This document shows positions 58,536 to 64,000 of a stretch of DNA of 64,000 nt, one piece after another. The first letter of the stretch is position 1; every line of letters begins with the position of its first letter. Source of the DNA: an uncultured Bacilli bacterium. GTDB lineage: Bacteria > Bacillota_I > Bacilli_A > RF39 > UBA660. Where the stretch lies: positions 4,799-68,798 of the forward strand of contig CAKPMX010000001.1 of NCBI GenBank assembly GCA_934168205.1, in the 5' to 3' direction. Below the pieces are notes generated by a model that had not been told where the DNA came from, ran no database searches, and was given only the letters and a program-made list of their open reading frames with translations. A program made the translations under genes and the position numbers.

Positions 58536-59384
58536 TTATTTTTTATTTCTAAGTAAATATGCTTTATATGTATTTCTACCAAGTTCAGCAACAGTCATTT
58601 GCCCAACACCACCAGGTACTGGAGTAATATATGAAACTTTTTTCTTAACAGATTCAAAGTTCACATCACCCTTCAAAGTACCATCTTCCATTCTATTGAT
58701 TCCAACATCAATAACAACGCAACCTTTCCTTATATCATCAGCACCAATGAAATTAGCCTGACCTATCGCTACAACTAAAATATCCGCTTTTTTAGTAATC
58801 TTACTAATATCTTCAGTTTTAGAATGACACAACGTAACAGTAGCATCAGCATTCATCATAAGATTAAAGATAGGTTTTCCTACCAAGTCACTTCTTCCTA
58901 CAACAACAACTCTCTTACCTTTAACTTCAATATTATAATATTTCAATAAATCCATAATACCTAAAGGTGTACAAGGAACTAATGATTCTTCATTATGAAC
59001 TAATCTACCCATATTAATATCAGTTAATCCATCAACATCTTTTAAAGGGTCTATTGCATTCTGAATTACCTTTGGATTTAAATGTTTAGGAACAGGCATT
59101 TGTACCAATATTCCATCTACTGTATCATCGCTATTTAACTGATAAATTTTATCTAGTAAAGTCTCTTGACTAACATCACTATCAAACTTTATATGCAAAA
59201 AGTTAAATCCTAAAGATAAAGCCATCTTTTCTTTTTGTCTAACATAAACAACACTAGCTGGATCTTCACCAACTTGAATAACAACTAAACCTAATGGTCT
59301 CTCTAATTTACTTATTTTTTCCTTTAATTCACTAAGAACTTGTTTTTTAACTACCTTACCATCTAATAGCTTCATGTATCTCAT
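58536..59384 (-). CDS. folD: Bifunctional methylenetetrahydrofolate dehydrogenase/cyclohydrolase
   Basis: Full-length FolD similarity, including the GRSDLVGKP NADP-binding motif. Confidence 0.9.
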   Translation of the reverse strand: MRYMKLLDGKVVKKQVLSELKEKISKLERPLGLVVIQVGEDPASVVYVRQKEKMALSLGFNFLHIKFDSDVSQETLLDKIYQLNSDDTVDGILVQMPVPKHLNPKVIQNAIDPLKDVDGLTDINMGRLVHNEESLVPCTPLGIMDLLKYYNIEVKGKRVVVVGRSDLVGKPIFNLMMNADATVTLCHSKTEDISKITKKADILVVAIGQANFIGADDIRKGCVVIDVGINRMEDGTLKGDVNFESVKKKVSYITPVPGGVGQMTVAELGRNTYKAYLLRNKK

Positions 59385-59438
59385 CTCCTATTATAAATTA
59401 TAACAGACCAGGATACTAAAAAACAATTATTTTTACAT

Positions 59439-61190
59439 CTACTCGACAGTAACACTTTTAGCTAAGTTCTTAGGCTTATCAATATCACAACCTCTTAGTT
59501 TAGCAACTTCATATGCAATTAACTGTAAACAAGCTACAACTAACATAGGTTGTAAAAACTCATCTATCTTAGGTACACAAATTAAATAATCACAATCAGT
59601 CTCTTCTTTGTTACTAATAATTATTGTAACAGCACCTCTTGCTTTAACTTCACAAACATTAGAAATAGTTTTATCTCTAATATCTTCATCTGTAATAATC
59701 GCAAAAACCGGTGTACCTTTATCTATCAAAGAAATAGTTCCATGTTTTAATTCTCCAGCTTGATAAGCTTCACTATGTATATAAGAAACTTCTTTTAATT
59801 TTAAACTACCTTCTAACGATATAGCGTAATCTATTTTTCTACCTATGAAGAAAATATCCTCACGTTTATATATCTTTTTAGCTATTTTTAGATACATTTC
59901 TCTTCTATCAATTACTTCTTTTAAAAGTCTAGGTAATAATTTTAAATCATTTACTATATCCTTTTTACCAGCAACTCTAGCACTTAATAAAGCCATAATC
60001 GCAACTTGTAAAATATATGCTTTAGTAGTCGCAACAGCTATTTCTGGACCAGCTTCTATAAATATTTGTTGATCAGATTCACGAGCTATAGTTGAACCTT
60101 TTACATTAACTATTGCTAGAGTCAAAGCTCCATGTTCTTTTGCTTTTCTCATAGCGGCAATAGTATCAGCAGTTTCTCCAGACTGAGAAATAACTATAAC
60201 AATTGTCTTTCTATCATATAAAACTTTCTTATAACGATATTCACTCGCAACTTCACAAGTAACTCTAATATTTGAATGTTCTTCTAATAAAGTCTTACCT
60301 ATCATTCCAGCATACATTGCTGAGCCACAGGCTACTATATGAATTTCTTCATAACTACTTAAATCAGGAATTTTATCAAAATCATCTAAAAATGGTTTAA
60401 TAGTCTTTTCAAGTACAATTGGCTCTTCCATTATTTCTTTTAACATATAATGTTCATAACCATTTTTTTCTCTATCTTCTGCTGTTAAATCTGTAACTAA
60501 AATTTCTTTCTTAATTTTTTTGCCATTTTTAGTAACTTTAATTCCATCAAAATCTAAAACAGCTATTTCATTTTCCTCAAGTAAAGAATATTTATTTGTA
60601 TATTTAATAATTGCACTTATATCAGAAGCTATAAAAAATTCTTTATTACCATAGCCAATAATCAATGGTAAATCTTTTCTAACTGCAAATAATTTATCTT
60701 GATCTTCAAAAATAATTGCTAAAGCATAAGAACCTTTAACGTCTTTAATAGCTTTTTCTATTGCTAAAACAGGATCACCATCATAATAATAATTAATTAA
60801 AGCTGTCATTACTTCTGAATCAGTATCACTATTAAACTTAACTCCTTCTTTAAGTAATCTTTCTTTAAGTTCGCTAAAGTTTTCTATAATACCATTATGA
60901 ACTAATGTAACTTTACCAGATTTATGAGGATGTGCATTAGCCTCATTTGGCTCTCCATGAGTAGCCCATCTAGTATGAGCAATACCCATATTAGCTTTAA
61001 TAACATCCATATTATTAATTTTTTCTTCTAAACAAGATATTCTTCCTAAACCACGAATAACTTGTACTTGACTATCATTTCTTAGAGCTATACCAGCTGA
61101 ATCATACCCTCTATACTCTAAGTTTTTAAGTCCTTCCAATAAAATATTTTTCGGTTCTTTTGAACCTATATAACCTACAATTCCACACAT
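59439..61190 (-). CDS. glmS: Glutamine--fructose-6-phosphate aminotransferase
   Basis: MCGIVGY N-terminal nucleophile, two SIS domains and a C-terminal SVTVE. Confidence 0.95.
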   Translation of the reverse strand: MCGIVGYIGSKEPKNILLEGLKNLEYRGYDSAGIALRNDSQVQVIRGLGRISCLEEKINNMDVIKANMGIAHTRWATHGEPNEANAHPHKSGKVTLVHNGIIENFSELKERLLKEGVKFNSDTDSEVMTALINYYYDGDPVLAIEKAIKDVKGSYALAIIFEDQDKLFAVRKDLPLIIGYGNKEFFIASDISAIIKYTNKYSLLEENEIAVLDFDGIKVTKNGKKIKKEILVTDLTAEDREKNGYEHYMLKEIMEEPIVLEKTIKPFLDDFDKIPDLSSYEEIHIVACGSAMYAGMIGKTLLEEHSNIRVTCEVASEYRYKKVLYDRKTIVIVISQSGETADTIAAMRKAKEHGALTLAIVNVKGSTIARESDQQIFIEAGPEIAVATTKAYILQVAIMALLSARVAGKKDIVNDLKLLPRLLKEVIDRREMYLKIAKKIYKREDIFFIGRKIDYAISLEGSLKLKEVSYIHSEAYQAGELKHGTISLIDKGTPVFAIITDEDIRDKTISNVCEVKARGAVTIIISNKEETDCDYLICVPKIDEFLQPMLVVACLQLIAYEVAKLRGCDIDKPKNLAKSVTVE

Positions 61191-61204
61191 ATTGTAAAAA
61201 TACT

Positions 61205-61360
61205 CCTTAAAAAATATAGTTACGATATATCATTTGTTGTAATCTTGATTTTACTCTTTAAAATATATCTAACGAACAACTTATATCCGTAGTAGAACCC
61301 GCCGAATTTTCGATAAACTACTAACCTCGTCATCCTAAAAGGATCAGGCGCTAAAATGAA
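61205..61360 (-). ncRNA. glmS ribozyme (GlcN6P-responsive self-cleaving riboswitch) in the glmS 5' leader
   Basis: The minus strand reads UUAGCGCCUGAUCC...GACGAGGUUAGUAGUUUAUCGAAAAUUCGGCGGGUUCUACUACGG. This matches the ribozyme core blocks AGCGCC, GACGAGG-stem-UUAUCGAAUUUUCGGCGG-stem. Confidence 0.75.
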
Positions 61361-61427
61361 TCAATACAACCTTTCTACATTCATTCTAATAATATTATAC
61401 TAAAAAAAAAGAAGTTTGTAACCTCTT

Positions 61428-62396
61428 TTATATATCTTCTCCCAACTTCTCATAAACATCATTACTAGCATTATAATCTGCTAACTGATCAGAAAACATT
61501 GTATTAAATGTTGGCTCAGACTTTTTCTTAACATCTTCATAAATATTTTTACTATTTGTAATAGCGTTTTTTATATCCATAATATTTACTTCTTTTCTAT
61601 TATCAAATAAAGCATTAGAAAAAGCTTGTTGAACTATTGTTAAAGAAACATCTGGATATCTAGAACCTATTTCATAAATACGTTTATATTCACTTGTGAT
61701 ATCTGTAATAAACTCCATTATTTTTCTTTGTACATATGAAGAATACATAAGTTTAGCACCAGTTCTTTTCTCTATCTTTGGCAAAGTTCCAATTAATATT
61801 TCCACATTTTCGTCTCTTGTAGGCTCAGCCACATCTATTTTTTGAAAACGTCTAACAAACGCTTTATCACGTAAAATATATCTTTCATATTCTTCAGTAG
61901 TAGTAGCACCAATGACTTTTATATCACCACGATCTAATGCTGGCTTAAACATATTAGCAAAATCTAAAGACTCACCCTTACCAATTAAAGTATGTATCTC
62001 ATCAATAAAAAGTATCAAATTAATCTTACTTTTAAGTTCATCAATCAAAGTTTGTACCTTTGCTTCACCAGTAACAGGATCAACTCCAAGCAAAGCTGAT
62101 GTATTTACTTTAATTACTTGATAATTAGCTAAACCATCAGGTACTAAATTATTTTGTATACAATATGCAAGTCCTTCAACAATAGCGGTTTTACCAACAC
62201 CAGGTTTACCAACTAATACAGCTGATTTATCAGGAGTAAGCAAAATAAGAATCAATTCCTTTATTTGTTGATCACGTCCAATAGCTGGATTTGTAATATA
62301 TTTTTTATTTAAAAAATTCTCACCATAGGTATCTAGTATACTTAATCTTTTTTTCTTTATATCAAATTCTTCATTCATAAACATTTCTCCCAACAA
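61428..62396 (-). CDS. Stand-alone Clp/Hsp100-type D1 AAA+ ATPase (322 aa, no N-domain, no D2)
   Basis: Walker A GKPGVGKTA, Walker B LILFIDEIH, sensor and arginine-finger region VRRFQ. This is homologous to the ClpB/ClpC D1 region only. Confidence 0.6.
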   Translation of the reverse strand: MLGEMFMNEEFDIKKKRLSILDTYGENFLNKKYITNPAIGRDQQIKELILILLTPDKSAVLVGKPGVGKTAIVEGLAYCIQNNLVPDGLANYQVIKVNTSALLGVDPVTGEAKVQTLIDELKSKINLILFIDEIHTLIGKGESLDFANMFKPALDRGDIKVIGATTTEEYERYILRDKAFVRRFQKIDVAEPTRDENVEILIGTLPKIEKRTGAKLMYSSYVQRKIMEFITDITSEYKRIYEIGSRYPDVSLTIVQQAFSNALFDNRKEVNIMDIKNAITNSKNIYEDVKKKSEPTFNTMFSDQLADYNASNDVYEKLGEDI

Positions 62397-62418
62397 ATTA
62401 ATTATAACACAAAATTAA

Positions 62419-63285
62419 TTACTTTACATCTATAGGATTAACATGTATAACAGTTAAATATATTTCTGGAAACTTTTTATCAATTTCTTTCTCCAAATTA
62501 TTCGCAATTTTATGACTATCAAAAGTAGATAAATTTCCATCAACAAAAATCGTAAAAGAAATTTGATACATATAGCCAACGGGTGTTGAATTAAAATGAT
62601 TAATCTTTTTTATCTCTTCATGTGCTGAAATTACTTTATACACTTTTTCTTTTGTTTCATCATCAATAGATTTATCCATTAAAACATCATAGCTTTCTAT
62701 AAATATTTTATAAGCTACAATAAATATCCAAACAGAAATAAATATACCCGCAACACTATCAACAAAATATATTCCATAATAACCAAGTACACAAGCAATT
62801 AAGTTTAAACTAGTAAGAATACAATCATTTCTATGATCATTTCTATTAGCTTTTAATAATAAACTTTTATTTTTTTTATATAATCTATTAGTGTATAGAA
62901 AAAGACCAATCTTTATTATAATTGTCATAATACAAACAACTATTAGCCAAGGTGTAAAAGTAGCTTTCTCTAAAGTAAATAAATTAACAATTGAATCTTT
63001 AAATACTTTAAATACCATTATTATCATAATAATACTAATTAGCATTGAATAAATATATTCTGCTTTACCATGTCCTAAATTATGATCATCGTCTTTTGGT
63101 TTAGAAGCTATTCTTTGCCCAAAGAAAGTCATTATTGATGACAAAATATCTGAAGCACTATTAAAAGCATCAGCAATCATTGCCTGACTACCAGAAATAA
63201 ATCCCACTATTCCTTTTATCAATAGTAAAAATAAATTACCAAAAACGCCAAGCAAACTGGCTTTTTTTATTTCTTTAAATTTCAT
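62419..63285 (-). CDS. Cation diffusion facilitator (CDF) family metal efflux transporter
   Basis: The SQAMIADAFNSASD and HGKAEY motifs, a six-TM layout and a C-terminal cytoplasmic domain. Confidence 0.85.
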   Translation of the reverse strand: MKFKEIKKASLLGVFGNLFLLLIKGIVGFISGSQAMIADAFNSASDILSSIMTFFGQRIASKPKDDDHNLGHGKAEYIYSMLISIIMIIMVFKVFKDSIVNLFTLEKATFTPWLIVVCIMTIIIKIGLFLYTNRLYKKNKSLLLKANRNDHRNDCILTSLNLIACVLGYYGIYFVDSVAGIFISVWIFIVAYKIFIESYDVLMDKSIDDETKEKVYKVISAHEEIKKINHFNSTPVGYMYQISFTIFVDGNLSTFDSHKIANNLEKEIDKKFPEIYLTVIHVNPIDVK

Positions 63286-63301
63286 ATATCTCTACCTAAC
63301 T

Positions 63302-64000
63302 TTATATTTTTTCTACTCTAATACTTTTTTCATCAATTATATTAAAGTCTCCAGGATAAATAATAGTCTTTTCATTATATAAATCACTTTGTTTTATATC
63401 AAGAACTCTCTCTATTGTAGGAGAAGTATTAACTGTTACAATTTTAGAATTAACTTTCTTAATAAACATCGATGCATTATTCATATTCTTAGTAAATATA
63501 GCGGCTCCATACGATGATTTACTCATATTTATCTGACCTATTGCCTCTTCACAATCACTAACATATATTGCCATATCAGCTTCTATTCCTACATATTCTT
63601 TTACATATAAAGTAAAATTAATTCCTAAAGATATAATTTCATTAATAAATGAAACATTATCACTATCTTCCACATAAATATTATAATTAGTATAATCAAG
63701 TAATAAAACTGGATAATGACTATTAATTAAAACTTCTTTTTGTCTTTCCTCTTCGCAACAACTAACAACTAAAGAAAAACTATTAGTACAATTAAGTATT
63801 TCTAAAGAAGAAGAAACATATTGTTGTATCTGTAATGGATTAAAATTAGACTTTTCTAAAACACTTTGTATAAAAGTAATAAATAAAGTATTAAGAGCGA
63901 AGTTATAAGAAGGATAATTAAAAATAACTGAATTGTTTGCTAAAATATTTCTAATAATTAATTCAAGTAAAACATAAAAGTCTCCATCAAAAACAACTAA
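63302..64000 (-). CDS. proA: C-terminal part of a ProA-like (gamma-glutamyl phosphate reductase) aldehyde dehydrogenase; the 5' end lies beyond the window
   Basis: The reading frame stays open upstream of the listed Met, all the way to the window edge. NIYVEDSDNVSFINEII and IVTVNTSPT resemble ProA HVYVDKDADLEKAINII and VYHNASTRFTDG. Confidence 0.45.
   Translation of the reverse strand, partial: LVVFDGDFYVLLELIIRNILANNSVIFNYPSYNFALNTLFITFIQSVLEKSNFNPLQIQQYVSSSLEILNCTNSFSLVVSCCEEERQKEVLINSHYPVLLLDYTNYNIYVEDSDNVSFINEIISLGINFTLYVKEYVGIEADMAIYVSDCEEAIGQINMSKSSYGAAIFTKNMNNASMFIKKVNSKIVTVNTSPTIERVLDIKQSDLYNEKTIIYPGDFNIIDEKSIRVEKI

Noticed and set aside
1-64000. CRISPR arrays, prophage blocks, and toxin-antitoxin or restriction-modification modules
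   Set aside because: No direct repeats with regular spacing are present. The window holds no integrase, capsid or terminase genes, no methyltransferase and no Cas signatures.

Overview
This is a 64-kb chromosomal segment from a very AT-rich, low-GC Firmicute. It looks clostridial and spore-forming, because it carries cotJB-cotJC, a BclA-like collagen gene and a probable OLE RNA. The calls below rest on ORF reading and motif recall only, with no database searches.

Most of the window is dense housekeeping on the minus strand. Recognisable genes are an ABC-F ATPase, GalE, NUDIX hydrolases, a cysteine desulfurase, Hsp20, two tandem hybrid histidine kinases, phosphoketolase, HtpG, a Zn-dependent alcohol dehydrogenase, an MscS channel, ClpB, FolD, GlmS with its ribozyme, a CDF transporter and a ProA-like fragment. 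There is one tRNA-His, one IS4-family insertion and several rho-independent terminators.

The features that stand out are:
- A roughly 610-nt ORF-free, GC-elevated block directly upstream of a small 4-TM DxxxD membrane protein, read as a candidate OLE RNA plus oapA.
- A four-gene secretion and fibre locus (26.5-31.3 kb). It holds a TasA/camelysin-like protein, a SipW-type signal peptidase fused to a large polytopic N-terminal domain, a 2-TM accessory protein, and a 624-aa TasA-like protein ending in an ALK-type polyglycine domain. A collagen-like gene is divergently transcribed next to it.
- Three near-identical CIRCE-like operators, each overlapping the -35 box of a TTGACA-N17-TATAAN promoter, in front of hsp20, htpG and an N-domain-less clpB.
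- A stand-alone Clp-type D1 AAA+ protein.
- 117-bp in-frame tandem repeats inside a hybrid kinase.
- A giant VWA adhesin next to the IS insertion.
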